Source: a bacterium (lineage in GTDB: Bacteria; Pseudomonadota; Alphaproteobacteria; Caulobacterales; Caulobacteraceae). Taken from it: a stretch of 64,000 nucleotides of DNA. The DNA lies in the NCBI GenBank assembly GCA_030824495.1, contig JAVBXP010000042.1, positions 11,331 to 75,330 on the forward strand, read 5' to 3'. Position 1 is the stretch's first letter. The number at the start of each line of letters is the position of its first letter. Positions 26,109 through 35,869 of this stretch are shown here, one piece after another. The translations under genes were made by a program, and so were the position numbers. The notes under the pieces are model-generated. The model was not told the origin of the DNA, did not search any database, and was given only the letters and a program-made list of their open reading frames with translations.

Positions 26109-27539
26109 ATGACGCACTCTTCCTCGACTGCTTCCGGTAAGCCGGCGCAAGACCCGCAAGGCGCGGGCCAAGCCATGTGGGGCGGACGGTTCTCGTCCAA
26201 ACCAGCCGAACTGATGCAGGCGATCAACGTCTCCATCGGTTTCGACAAGCGGCTCGCGGCCCAGGATTTAGCCGGGTCTCGCGCACACGCGGCGATGTTG
26301 CTCAAGCAAGGCGTGATTACAAGCCAGGACGAGGCGGCCATCCAGGGCGGCCTCCAGGCGATCGAAGCCGAAATGGCCGCCGGAACCTTCCCGTTCCGCG
26401 ACGAATACGAAGACATCCACATGAACGTGGAGGCGCGGCTGCGCGAGCTGATCGGCCCCGCGGCCGGCCGTCTGCACACCGCCCGCTCACGCAACGACCA
26501 GGTGGCGCTGGACTTCCGCCTCTGGGTTCGTGACGCCGCCGACCGCACCATTCAGCAGATTCAGGCTTTGCAAGCGGCCCTGGTCGCCAAGGCCGAGCCG
26601 CACGCCGCGACCCTGATGCCAGGCTTCACCCACCTGCAGCCCGCACAGCCCGTGACGTTCGGTCACCACCTGATGGCCTATGTGGAAATGTTCGGCCGTG
26701 ACGCCTCGCGCTTCGCCGACGCCCGGGCCCGGATGAACGAATGCCCGCTCGGCGCCGCCGCCCTCGCCGGCTCGCCGTTCCCGATCGACCGTCACGCGAC
26801 GGCCACGGCGCTCGGCTTCGCCGCCCCCACCGCCAATTCTCTAGACAGCGTCGCCGATCGCGATTTTGCGTTGGAGAGCCTGGCGGCGGCGACCATCTGC
26901 GCCACCCACCTGTCGCGCCTGGCCGAGGAAATCGTGATCTGGATGACGCCGCAGTTCGGCTTCATCAAGCTGACCGACGCCTTCACCACCGGCTCGTCGA
27001 TCATGCCGCAGAAGAAGAACCCGGATGCGGCCGAGCTGATCCGCGCCAAGGTCGGGCGCCTGCTGGGGTCCTTCACCCAACTCACCGTGGTGATGAAGGG
27101 CCTGCCGCTGACCTATTCGAAGGACATGCAGGAGGACAAGGTCCCAACCTTCGAGGCCTTTGACGCTCTCGAACTGTCCCTGGCCGCCATGGCCGGCATG
27201 GTCGCCGATATGGAACCAGTGACCGAGCGTATGGCCGCGGCTGCGGGCGCCGGGTTCTCGACTGCGACAGATCTCGCCGACTGGCTGGTCCGCACCCTCG
27301 ACATGCCCTTCCGCGACGCCCACCATGTGACCGGCGCGGCCGTGAAGAGGGCCGAAGGCCTCGGCTGCGACCTGCCGGGCCTGCCGCTCGCCGAGTTGCA
27401 GACGATCGAACCCCGCATCACCGCGGCCGTCTACGAAGTGCTGACGCCGCAAGCCTCGGCGGCCAGCCGCAAGAGCTACGGCGGAACCTCGCCGGAACAA
27501 GTCCGCGCCCAGATCGCGCGTTGGAAGGAGAAGCTGTAA
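26109..27539 (+). CDS. argH: Argininosuccinate lyase
   Basis: [34 protein letters not shown]; start is 26109 or 26175. Confidence 0.97.
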   Translation: MTHSSSTASGKPAQDPQGAGQAMWGGRFSSKPAELMQAINVSIGFDKRLAAQDLAGSRAHAAMLLKQGVITSQDEAAIQGGLQAIEAEMAAGTFPFRDEYEDIHMNVEARLRELIGPAAGRLHTARSRNDQVALDFRLWVRDAADRTIQQIQALQAALVAKAEPHAATLMPGFTHLQPAQPVTFGHHLMAYVEMFGRDASRFADARARMNECPLGAAALAGSPFPIDRHATATALGFAAPTANSLDSVADRDFALESLAAATICATHLSRLAEEIVIWMTPQFGFIKLTDAFTTGSSIMPQKKNPDAAELIRAKVGRLLGSFTQLTVVMKGLPLTYSKDMQEDKVPTFEAFDALELSLAAMAGMVADMEPVTERMAAAAGAGFSTATDLADWLVRTLDMPFRDAHHVTGAAVKRAEGLGCDLPGLPLAELQTIEPRITAAVYEVLTPQASAASRKSYGGTSPEQVRAQIARWKEKL

Positions 27540-27817
27540 TGACCCTTCGTCCGCTAGTCGCGATCGCCCTGATCGGCGCCGCCGCCCTTGCCGGCTGCGG
27601 CAAGATGGGCCCGCTGGAACGTCCCGGCCCGATGGTCGGCGCGGGCTCCGGCGTCGACGCCGGCCCCAATCCGGGCCGCACGATCCGCACGGTCGATCCG
27701 CGCAACCGCGACGATCGCCCGGCGCCGCCGCGCACCCTGCCGATCGACTCCGCCCAGAACCCAACCGCCACCGCCCCCCAAGGCGCGCTTCCGGACCCGT
27801 ACGCGAACCCCCGATGA
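27539..27817 (+). CDS. Small lipoprotein (LppL/LptM-like)
   Basis: Lipobox LAGC followed by GKMGPLERP; TAATG coupling with argH; upstream of lysA. Confidence 0.75.
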   Translation: MTLRPLVAIALIGAAALAGCGKMGPLERPGPMVGAGSGVDAGPNPGRTIRTVDPRNRDDRPAPPRTLPIDSAQNPTATAPQGALPDPYANPR

Positions 27818-29097
27818 ATCACTTTGAGCTGAAGGGGGGCGAGCTCTTCTGCGAGGGCGTAGCTCTCGCCGACATCGCGCAAGCGGTCGGCACGCCGGTC
27901 TATGTCTATTCCAGCGCCACGTTTGAGCGCCACTATACGGTCCTGCGCGATGCGTTGGTCGCCGAGGGCGTGAAGGGCGACAACGGCGGTGATCCGCTGA
28001 TCGCCTTCGCGGTAAAGGCCAACTCCAACCTCGCGGTGCTGAAGACCCTGGCCCGTCTGGGCGCGGGCGCCGACACGGTGTCGGAAGGCGAGATCCGGCG
28101 CGCGCTCGCCGCCGGCGTCCCGCCGGAAAAGATCGTGTTTTCCGGCGTCGGCAAGACCGCCGATGAGCTGGCCTTCGCCCTCAAGGCCGGCGTAGCCGAG
28201 ATCAACGTCGAGTCCGAGCCCGAGATGCGGCTGGCCAGCCAGGTCGCCCAGTCGCTGGGAACCCGCGCCACCATCGCCATCCGCGTGAACCCCGATGTCT
28301 CGGCCGGCGGCCACGCCAAGATCGCCACCGGCAAGGAAGACAACAAGTTTGGCGTCTCGTTCTCCGAGGCTGAACGCCTGTACGCCAACGCCGCCAACGA
28401 CGCGGGACTGAACCCAGTCGGCGTCACCTGCCACATCGGCAGCCAGATCACTGACCTGGCCCCCATGGCGGCGGCCTTCACCAAGATGCGCGGCCTGGTC
28501 GAGCGCCTTCGCGGCGAGGGGCTATCGGTTCAGCGCCTCGATCTCGGCGGCGGCCTGGGCGTGCCCTATTTCAACCAGCCGGCGCCGCCCTCGCCCGCCG
28601 ACTACGCCCGCATGATCGCCAAGACCATGAACGGCCTGGACATCGCTTACGCCTTCGAGCCCGGCCGGATGATCGCGGCCAACGCCGGCGTCCTGCTTTC
28701 GCGGGTGCAGCACATTCACGAGCGGCCCGGCGGTCGCAAGTTTGTCGTGCTGGACGCGGCCATGAACGACCTGATCCGCCCGGCCATGTACGACGCCTAT
28801 CATGAGATCGCCCCGCTGAAGCCGCGCGCCGGGGATCCCGTGGTCTATGACGTGGTCGGCCCGATCTGCGAGACCGGCGACACCTTCACCCGAGAACGCG
28901 CCCTGGCGCCGCTGGAAGCCGGAGATCTGATCGCCTTCATGAGCGCCGGCGCCTACGGCGCGGTGATGTCCAGCGAGTACAACAGCCGCCTGCTGGTCCC
29001 AGAGGTGCTGGTGAAGGGCGATGACTACGCCGTGGTCCGCCCGCGTCCGACCTACGAGGAAATGCTGGCCAAGGAAGCGTTCGCGCCCTGGCTATGA
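27814..29097 (+). CDS. lysA: Diaminopimelate decarboxylase
   Basis: FAVKANSN (PLP Lys), HIGSQI, LDLGGG, EPGR, GPICETGD. Confidence 0.97.
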   Translation: MNHFELKGGELFCEGVALADIAQAVGTPVYVYSSATFERHYTVLRDALVAEGVKGDNGGDPLIAFAVKANSNLAVLKTLARLGAGADTVSEGEIRRALAAGVPPEKIVFSGVGKTADELAFALKAGVAEINVESEPEMRLASQVAQSLGTRATIAIRVNPDVSAGGHAKIATGKEDNKFGVSFSEAERLYANAANDAGLNPVGVTCHIGSQITDLAPMAAAFTKMRGLVERLRGEGLSVQRLDLGGGLGVPYFNQPAPPSPADYARMIAKTMNGLDIAYAFEPGRMIAANAGVLLSRVQHIHERPGGRKFVVLDAAMNDLIRPAMYDAYHEIAPLKPRAGDPVVYDVVGPICETGDTFTRERALAPLEAGDLIAFMSAGAYGAVMSSEYNSRLLVPEVLVKGDDYAVVRPRPTYEEMLAKEAFAPWL

Positions 29098-29161
29098 AGT
29101 CGTCCGCCCTGGAGCGTTCTTCCTAAACTCTTCTTGCACACTAGCTGGGCCATAGTCAGGC

Positions 29162-30922
29162 GTGGCAGCGGAGACGACAAGAGTGCAAGGCTTACAGGGC
29201 TTTCAGGGTTTGACGTGGGGCGAGATGCTCGACGACGGGCTACCCGGTTCGACCCTGGAAGTCAGCAAACGCAGCTGGCGCAACCGGTTGTTCGGGGTCG
29301 GCCTGGCCGCCGTCCTGTTGCTGATGGGCTTTGGAATTCCCGCCGCCTGCGCCTGGATCCTAGCCAATATCGCGCTTGAAGGGTCGCTCTTCTTCGCGCG
29401 TGCACGATATGCGCGCATGGGCCGACGGCCGCCGATCGTTGAACGCCTCGCGCCGATCCTCGGCTTTAGCGCCGTATGGTCGACCATGGCCAGCGTCTGC
29501 TTGTTCTACGGCGATCCGCCGCTGCAGATCGCCGGCTTGGTCATCCTGCTCGCCCTTTTGATAGCGTCGCTCAAATATGCCGCCTTAAGCTGGGCGGGCT
29601 TCGTATTCCTGGCGCCGGCGCCGTTCGTGGCCCTGACGCTTGCGCCCGTCATGCTCACCGACTTCCGCGGGTGGGAGCTGGCTCTGCTGCTCCTGGCCCT
29701 GCTGGGTCTGGGCGCGGTGATCGCCAATGTCGCCCACACGATCCGGCGCAACGCCCGAGCCTTGGAGGCCGCGCGCGCCCACGCTTTGGACGCCAGCCGT
29801 TCGAAGTCCGCCTTCCTGGCGATGATGAGCCACGAACTGCGCACGCCGATGAACGGCGTGCTGGGCATGGCGCACGCCCTGGCGGCCACCAAGCTCACCC
29901 CTCAACAGGCCGGCTATCTGGATATGATCGTCCAGTCAGGCGACGGCCTGATGGCGGTGTTGAACGACATCCTCGACCTTTCGAAGATCGAGGCCGGCAA
30001 GCTGGAGCTCGAGGCTGTCAGCTTCGATGTCGACAAGCTGGGTCGCCAGATATTCCTGATGTGGAGCGAAACCGCACGGCTGAAAGGCCTGGAGCTCGTG
30101 CTGGAGATCGATCCCGCCACGCCTGCGTGGTTGGCCGGCGATCCTGTGCGCGTCCGCCAGATCCTGCTCAACCTGATCTCCAACGCCTTGAAGTTCACCG
30201 AGCAAGGCGAGGTCACCGTCCGGATCGCGCCGCTCACCCCGCGTGGGATCGAAATCCTGGTGACCGACACCGGCATCGGCATGCGCCAGGATCAACAGGA
30301 CAAGCTGTTCCAAGCCTTTTCCCAGGCCGAGGCCTCCACCACGCGCCGCTTCGGCGGCACGGGCCTTGGTCTCTCGATCTGCCGCCAATTGGCGGAGATG
30401 ATGGACGGCGACATCTCGGTCACCAGTGAGCCAGGCTCCGGCACGACCTTCCGGGTCGCCCTGCCCCTGCCCACCGGCCAGGCTCCGGCCGAGGCGGAAA
30501 TCCAAAACGAGATTGTCAGCCTCGAAGGTCGCGAAATTCTCGTGGTCGACGACAACAAGGTCAATCAGGCGGTCGCCAAGGCGATCCTGGAAGCCGCCGG
30601 CGCCGTGGTCACCCTGGCCGACGACGGATTGGACGGGCTGGAGAAGCTTCGCGCCGGCAACTTCGGCGTGGTGCTGATGGATGTCCACATGCCCCGCATG
30701 GACGGCATCGAGGCGCTGGGCCGCATCCGCGCTGGAGAGGCTGGCCGCTTCGACATTCCAGTGATCGCCCTGACCGCCGACGCCATGTCCGGCGAGGGCG
30801 AGCGCCTGCTGAGCCTGGGCTTCGACGAGGCTCACCCCAAGCCGATCCAGCCGGCCGAGCTGCTGTATGCGGTGGGCGCCTGGTGCCATCACGCCGAAAC
30901 GCCGGCTCGGCTGTCAGCCTAG
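29162..30922 (+). CDS. Membrane hybrid histidine kinase (HisKA-HATPase-REC)
   Basis: About 5-6 TMs; MSHELRTP, NLISNALKFT, DTGIG, GGTGLGL; receiver LMDVHMP. Confidence 0.93.
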   Translation: MAAETTRVQGLQGFQGLTWGEMLDDGLPGSTLEVSKRSWRNRLFGVGLAAVLLLMGFGIPAACAWILANIALEGSLFFARARYARMGRRPPIVERLAPILGFSAVWSTMASVCLFYGDPPLQIAGLVILLALLIASLKYAALSWAGFVFLAPAPFVALTLAPVMLTDFRGWELALLLLALLGLGAVIANVAHTIRRNARALEAARAHALDASRSKSAFLAMMSHELRTPMNGVLGMAHALAATKLTPQQAGYLDMIVQSGDGLMAVLNDILDLSKIEAGKLELEAVSFDVDKLGRQIFLMWSETARLKGLELVLEIDPATPAWLAGDPVRVRQILLNLISNALKFTEQGEVTVRIAPLTPRGIEILVTDTGIGMRQDQQDKLFQAFSQAEASTTRRFGGTGLGLSICRQLAEMMDGDISVTSEPGSGTTFRVALPLPTGQAPAEAEIQNEIVSLEGREILVVDDNKVNQAVAKAILEAAGAVVTLADDGLDGLEKLRAGNFGVVLMDVHMPRMDGIEALGRIRAGEAGRFDIPVIALTADAMSGEGERLLSLGFDEAHPKPIQPAELLYAVGAWCHHAETPARLSA

Positions 30923-31458
30923 TCGAGCGCGCCGATATAGGGCAGACCGCGCAACGCTCCGGCGGCGTCCATTCCATAGCCCACCAGGAACCGGGCCGGC
31001 GCCTGCCAGGCGACAAAATCGGGCACGATGGCCCGCGGCGTCGGCCAGGGCTTGGATGCAAACACGGCGGTCAGGGCGCGGCTCGCCCCGGCGTCACGCA
31101 CCAGGCGCTGCGCCTCCGACAGCGACAGGCCGGTGTCGATCACGTCGTCGATGATCAGGGCCGTGCGGCCAGCCAGGGGGCGTTGCAGGTCGGCGCGCAC
31201 CTCGCAGCGGCCAAGACTCGCGCGCTCGTCGCCATAAGAGGCTAGCCAGAGCGCATCGAAGCGGACATGACGACCGGCCCTCGACAGCGCCCGGGTCAGG
31301 TCGGATGCGAACCACAGCCCGCCGGTCAGCAGGCAGACGGCGACCGTGTCGTCGTCGATGCGCGGGGCGATCTCGCGGGCCAGGGCCTCGACCCGCGCGG
31401 CGACCTCGGCTTCCGAGAGCAGCACGACGGGTTCACGGTTGATGGGGGTTTCAGTCAT
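30919..31458 (-). CDS. hpt: Hypoxanthine-guanine phosphoribosyltransferase
   Basis: LLSEAEV, LIIDDVIDTGLSL, FLVGYGMD; start MTETP at 31458. Confidence 0.85.
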   Translation of the reverse strand: MTETPINREPVVLLSEAEVAARVEALAREIAPRIDDDTVAVCLLTGGLWFASDLTRALSRAGRHVRFDALWLASYGDERASLGRCEVRADLQRPLAGRTALIIDDVIDTGLSLSEAQRLVRDAGASRALTAVFASKPWPTPRAIVPDFVAWQAPARFLVGYGMDAAGALRGLPYIGALD

Positions 31459-32314
31459 GCGAAGACTGGGCGTCCGGCGTGCCGGCCGCGAGCGGCTGGG
31501 CTTCGACTGGCGCCGGGGTCGGCGCGCTGGTGGCTGGCCGCAGAGTGGGCGCGACGGTCTGGCCGTGCGGCGCGGACTCCGACGGCCGAGCCTTGGGGTT
31601 CCCCGGCTCATGCGGCGCGAAGGCCACCTCAAGCTCACGCGCGGTGGCCGGGGGATCAAGCAGGGCGATGGCGAAGTGACGGGTCTCGCCCGATGGGATC
31701 TTGGCGTCGGCGGGCCGCGCGATCTTGGTGGCCACGACCTTGCCGTCGGCGTTGAGCAGGCTGATGCGCAGGGCGGGCGACACCACCGACTTGTCCTCGA
31801 TATTGCGGATCATGCCGGACACGGCGAGCGCGGCGTGGCCTTCCTGAAGCGCAGGCTCGAAACGCACGCCCTCGATCACCAGGCCTAGGCTGTTCACCGG
31901 CAAGCCGACGCCCGCATAGGCGCTGGCCGTCCGCGGCCACAGCCGCACGACATCGACCCGGAAGATGATGGCGATCGCGATCAGCACGGCGAGCACCCCG
32001 GCCATGCCGGCCCAGATCACCCCGGCCGTGGCCGCCTCCCGCACCCGGCGATCGGTGTCAGCCTTGGCGCGGAAGACCTTGGGCAGGGCCTCCCCGGGCA
32101 GTTCTCTGATCGGCCGCTCGTCCAGGCCCGCGGCCGCGACGTCGGACGCAAACTCTCCCACCGGCTCCGGCGTGGGAAACTCAAGGGGGGGCAATTCTGG
32201 AGTCGCGGTCCAGCGCGCACCACAGTTGACGCACTTCACAGCGCGGCCTTCCGTGGGGATCTTGGAATCATCCACGAAATAGCTGGTGGCGCACTCTGGA
32301 CAGGTCAGTATCAT
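31451..32314 (-). CDS. MJ0042-type zinc-ribbon / DUF3426 membrane protein
   Basis: MILTCPEC...VKCVNC, one TM, C-terminal beta domain. Confidence 0.85.
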   Translation of the reverse strand: MILTCPECATSYFVDDSKIPTEGRAVKCVNCGARWTATPELPPLEFPTPEPVGEFASDVAAAGLDERPIRELPGEALPKVFRAKADTDRRVREAATAGVIWAGMAGVLAVLIAIAIIFRVDVVRLWPRTASAYAGVGLPVNSLGLVIEGVRFEPALQEGHAALAVSGMIRNIEDKSVVSPALRISLLNADGKVVATKIARPADAKIPSGETRHFAIALLDPPATARELEVAFAPHEPGNPKARPSESAPHGQTVAPTLRPATSAPTPAPVEAQPLAAGTPDAQSSHD

Positions 32315-32370
32315 GACGGCCGAATCGGACGCTCCAGCAACCTCATCCGAGGTCGCCGATTTCGGCCCCC

Positions 32371-33087
32371 ATGTCCAGAAACCCGAACGCCACAGGCGCC
32401 CCTGACGCCGACCCCGCCGTTGTCCGCTTCGATGATGTTTCGATGCGCTATGGTCGTGCCCCTGAGACTCTGAAGGATCTGACCTTCACTCTCGCGCCTG
32501 GGTCTTTCCACTTCGTGACCGGAGCGTCAGGCGCAGGCAAAACCTCGCTGCTGAAACTGCTGTTCCTGGCCGCGAAGCCCTCCAAGGGATTGATGCACCT
32601 GTTCGGCCAGGACGTCTCCACTGTCGCGCGCGAGGACCAGCCGTTCCTTCGCCGCCGGATTGGGGTGGTCTATCAGGAGTTCAAGCTGCTGGAGCACATG
32701 TCGGCGTTCGACAACACCGCCCTGCCCCTGCGGATCGAAGGACGAAAGCCGGACAGCTACCGCAACGACGTGGCCGAACTGCTGGCCTGGGTCGGGCTGA
32801 AGCATCGAATGCACGCCATGCCGGCCACTTTGGCGGGCGGCGAGAAACAGCGCCTGGCCATCGCCCGCGCCGTGGTGAACCGCCCTGAAATCCTGCTCGC
32901 GGACGAGCCCACCGGCAATGTCGATCCGGAGATGGGGCTGCGCATCCTGAAGCTGTTCGTCGAATTGAACCGGCTGGGCACCACCGTTCTGTTCGCAACC
33001 CACGACGAGGACTTGGTGGCCCGATCGGGGATGCCGGTCCTGCACCTCGAAAACGGCCGTCTGACCGCCCACGGGGCGCGGCCATGA
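32371..33087 (+). CDS. ftsE: Cell division ATP-binding protein
   Basis: GASGAGKT, LAGGEKQR, LLADEPTGN; upstream of ftsX. Confidence 0.93.
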   Translation: MSRNPNATGAPDADPAVVRFDDVSMRYGRAPETLKDLTFTLAPGSFHFVTGASGAGKTSLLKLLFLAAKPSKGLMHLFGQDVSTVAREDQPFLRRRIGVVYQEFKLLEHMSAFDNTALPLRIEGRKPDSYRNDVAELLAWVGLKHRMHAMPATLAGGEKQRLAIARAVVNRPEILLADEPTGNVDPEMGLRILKLFVELNRLGTTVLFATHDEDLVARSGMPVLHLENGRLTAHGARP

Positions 33088-33971
33088 GCGATTTCGATAT
33101 CGGCCGCTGGCGCCCCGCCCCGTTTTTGCCAGAGGCCGACTCCCGCGATGGATCGCTGACCTTCGTGGTGGCGACGCTATGTTTTCTCGCCTGCCTCACC
33201 CTGATCGCGGTGCTGGCGACCAATCGCGCGGCGCGCGACTGGACCAGTCAGCTCGACGGGCAAGCGACCATCATCGTGCGCCCCAAGGCCAACGAAACGC
33301 CCGATGGCGCGGCGGCGCGCGCAGCCGAAACCTTGGCCGGGGTGCCAGGCGTGGCCGAGGCCAGGGCCCTGGAAAAGGAAAAGGCCGAGGCCCTGATCGC
33401 GCCATGGCTGGGCGACGCCGACCTTTCTGATCTGCCGGTGCCGCGGCTTGTCGCCGTTCAACTGACCAAGACCGCCCCGGCGGACGCCATCGCTCTCGAC
33501 CGCGCGCTCAAGGCCCAGGGCTTGGACGCTGTCGTCGACGACCACTCGGTATGGATGGCCGACATTCAGCACGCCGCCCAGGTGGCCCGATGGGTCGGCA
33601 TGGCGGTGTTCGGCCTGATCGCGACGGCGGCGGCGGCCGTTGTCGCCTTCGCCACCCGCGCGGGCCTCGCTGCCCGGCGAGAGGTGGTCGAGGTCCTGCA
33701 TCTCTCCGGGGCGGAAGACGGCTTCATCGCCGGCCTGTTCCAATTGCGGTTTGCGAAGATGGCGGCGATCGCGGGCTTGTTCGGCGCCGGCGCGGCGGCG
33801 ATCATGGGGGCCATTCTACGCTTGGCGGGGGGAGGCCAAGGTTTGACGCCCGTACTGCCGATCACCTGGCTCGACTTGCTGGCCGTGCTGCCTGCGCCAT
33901 TGGCCGCCGGGGCGGTGGCCGCGCTCGCCGCACGGCTGACCGCCCAAGCCATGATCCGGGACCTCGCATGA
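33084..33971 (+). CDS. ftsX: Cell division permease
   Basis: Four TMs; VEVLHLSGA; coupled to ftsE. Confidence 0.9.
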   Translation: MSDFDIGRWRPAPFLPEADSRDGSLTFVVATLCFLACLTLIAVLATNRAARDWTSQLDGQATIIVRPKANETPDGAAARAAETLAGVPGVAEARALEKEKAEALIAPWLGDADLSDLPVPRLVAVQLTKTAPADAIALDRALKAQGLDAVVDDHSVWMADIQHAAQVARWVGMAVFGLIATAAAAVVAFATRAGLAARREVVEVLHLSGAEDGFIAGLFQLRFAKMAAIAGLFGAGAAAIMGAILRLAGGGQGLTPVLPITWLDLLAVLPAPLAAGAVAALAARLTAQAMIRDLA

Positions 33972-34603
33972 GGGGACTGATCGCTTTACTGGTGGTTGCG
34001 GCGATCTGGGCGTCGGGCCTGCTGGCCTTCGCCGCCCGGGTCGATCGCTCGACCCCGGCGCCAGAGCCCCAAGCCGCCGACGGCATCGTCGCCCTGACCG
34101 GCGCGGGCTCCAACGCCCGGATCGGCGCGGCCATGGAGCTGCTGGAAGACGGCAAGGCCCAGCGCATGCTGGTCTCCGGCGTCAACCGCGAGGCCTCGCG
34201 CGAAGACATCCGCACTGTCAGCCGCGCTGTGCGCCGGCTCTACGACTGCTGCGTGGACCTGGGCTTCGACGCAGCCAACACCGTCGGCAATGCGCGCGAG
34301 ACCCAGGAGTGGGCCCGCGCCATGGGCTTCGACAGCCTGATCGTGGTCACCGCCGACTATCACATGCCGCGCGCCATGCTGGAGTTGCGCGGCGCGATGC
34401 CGAACGTCGAATTGACCCCCTATCCCGTCATCACTCCAGTCCTGAAGGCCAATCGCTGGTGGCGCACCAGCGGCGGCGCGCGGTTGATGGTGATGGAGTA
34501 TAGCAAGTACCTGGCGATCCTTGGCCGGGAAGCCGTCCTTGGGCTAGGACCGCGCGCCGACGCCGAAACGCCCACGCCCGCGACCGGGCCGAAGAAAGGC
34601 TGA
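33968..34603 (+). CDS. YdcF/DUF218 family protein
   Basis: IVALTG, NTVGNA, VVTADYHMPRA; ATGA overlap with ftsX. Confidence 0.85.
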   Translation: MRGLIALLVVAAIWASGLLAFAARVDRSTPAPEPQAADGIVALTGAGSNARIGAAMELLEDGKAQRMLVSGVNREASREDIRTVSRAVRRLYDCCVDLGFDAANTVGNARETQEWARAMGFDSLIVVTADYHMPRAMLELRGAMPNVELTPYPVITPVLKANRWWRTSGGARLMVMEYSKYLAILGREAVLGLGPRADAETPTPATGPKKG

Positions 34604-34608
34604 ACTGC

Positions 34609-35316
34609 TTGATCGCCCTCCGCTCCATCCTGTTCGTGGCCTTGTTCTACGTGTGGTCGGTCATCGTCGCGGTCGGTCTCTCGCCGTTCCTGCTCGGGCC
34701 GCGATCCTGGGCCATGGAGCTGATGCGCGTCTGGGCGCGCGGCATCATCTGGTTGTTGCGCGTGGTCTGCGACGTGAAGGTCGAAGTTCGCGGCAAGGAG
34801 CACATGCCGAAAGGCGCGGCCCTGGTGGCCCCCAAGCATCACTGCATGTTCGATGTCTTCGCGCAGTTCGCTTTTCTGCCGGACGCCTGCTTCGTTATGA
34901 AGAAGGAGCTCACCTGGATCCCGTTCTTCAGCTGGTGGGGCATGCGGGCCAAGATGATCGTCGTGGACCGCGCCGGACATTCGACGGCGCTGCGCAAGCT
35001 GATCCGCGATTCCAAGGAACGCTTCGCCGAGAACCGGCAGTTGCTGATTTTCCCGGAGGGCACACGCTCAGTGCCAGGCGCACCGGCCGACTATAAGCCC
35101 GGCATCGCGGCGCTCTACCGCGAGATCGACGTCCCGGTGCATCCGGTGGCGACGAACGCCGGCGTCCACTGGCCCAAGCATGGCTTCATGCGCAAGCCGG
35201 GCACCATCGTCTTCGAGTATCTCGAGCCCATCGCTCCGGGCCTGAAGCGGGCGGAGTTCATGCGCCTGCTGCAGGATCGCATCGAAACGGCGTCCACCAA
35301 GCTGCTGACGCTCTAG
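34609..35316 (+). CDS. plsC: 1-acyl-sn-glycerol-3-phosphate acyltransferase
   Basis: HxxxxD-type KHHCMFD, IFPEGTRS. Confidence 0.85.
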   Translation: MIALRSILFVALFYVWSVIVAVGLSPFLLGPRSWAMELMRVWARGIIWLLRVVCDVKVEVRGKEHMPKGAALVAPKHHCMFDVFAQFAFLPDACFVMKKELTWIPFFSWWGMRAKMIVVDRAGHSTALRKLIRDSKERFAENRQLLIFPEGTRSVPGAPADYKPGIAALYREIDVPVHPVATNAGVHWPKHGFMRKPGTIVFEYLEPIAPGLKRAEFMRLLQDRIETASTKLLTL

Positions 35317-35329
35317 CGCCGGCAGGGTG

Positions 35330-35869
35330 CTATTTGGCGACCAGTTCCAGCGCCTCGACCATGGCCAGCAACTTCTCCATGGCGTGATCGCGCACGCTCT
35401 CCTGGCGCAGGTGCATGATAAGGTCGCGCAGGTACTCGACATTGCGGCCCGACAGGCCGGTGGCGCCGGCGATCAGCTCGGCCTGCCGCTCCAGCGATAG
35501 CGCACCGGCCCATTGCGGGTGGTGGGTGTCGGACAGGAAGACCAGGGTCTGGATCCGGCGACCATCGGCGAGCCGCACAAAGGCGCTAGCCTCGACATAG
35601 GTCTCAGTGGGCTGTTCGCGCTCGCGCAGATATGCGTAGACTTCCGGCCAGAGTTCCTCGGAAACGCGATAGGCCGCCCCGCGCACGGAGCCGCCCGGAG
35701 CCAGGCCGAGGACAAGCCCGGGACGTTCATAGGTGCCGCGATGGTGCACGGAATAGATGCAGAAGGCGCGACGCCGCCCGTGTAAGGTGGCCGCCTGACG
35801 CTCGAGGAATTCAAACCCCGGCCGCCACATCAGCGACCCATAACCGAAAACCCAACGCTCAACAGACAT
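35330..35869 (-). CDS. chaC: ChaC-family gamma-glutamylcyclotransferase
   Basis: WVFGYGSLMWRPGF, HRGT..RPGLV, YLRERE. Confidence 0.88.
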   Translation of the reverse strand: MSVERWVFGYGSLMWRPGFEFLERQAATLHGRRRAFCIYSVHHRGTYERPGLVLGLAPGGSVRGAAYRVSEELWPEVYAYLREREQPTETYVEASAFVRLADGRRIQTLVFLSDTHHPQWAGALSLERQAELIAGATGLSGRNVEYLRDLIMHLRQESVRDHAMEKLLAMVEALELVAK

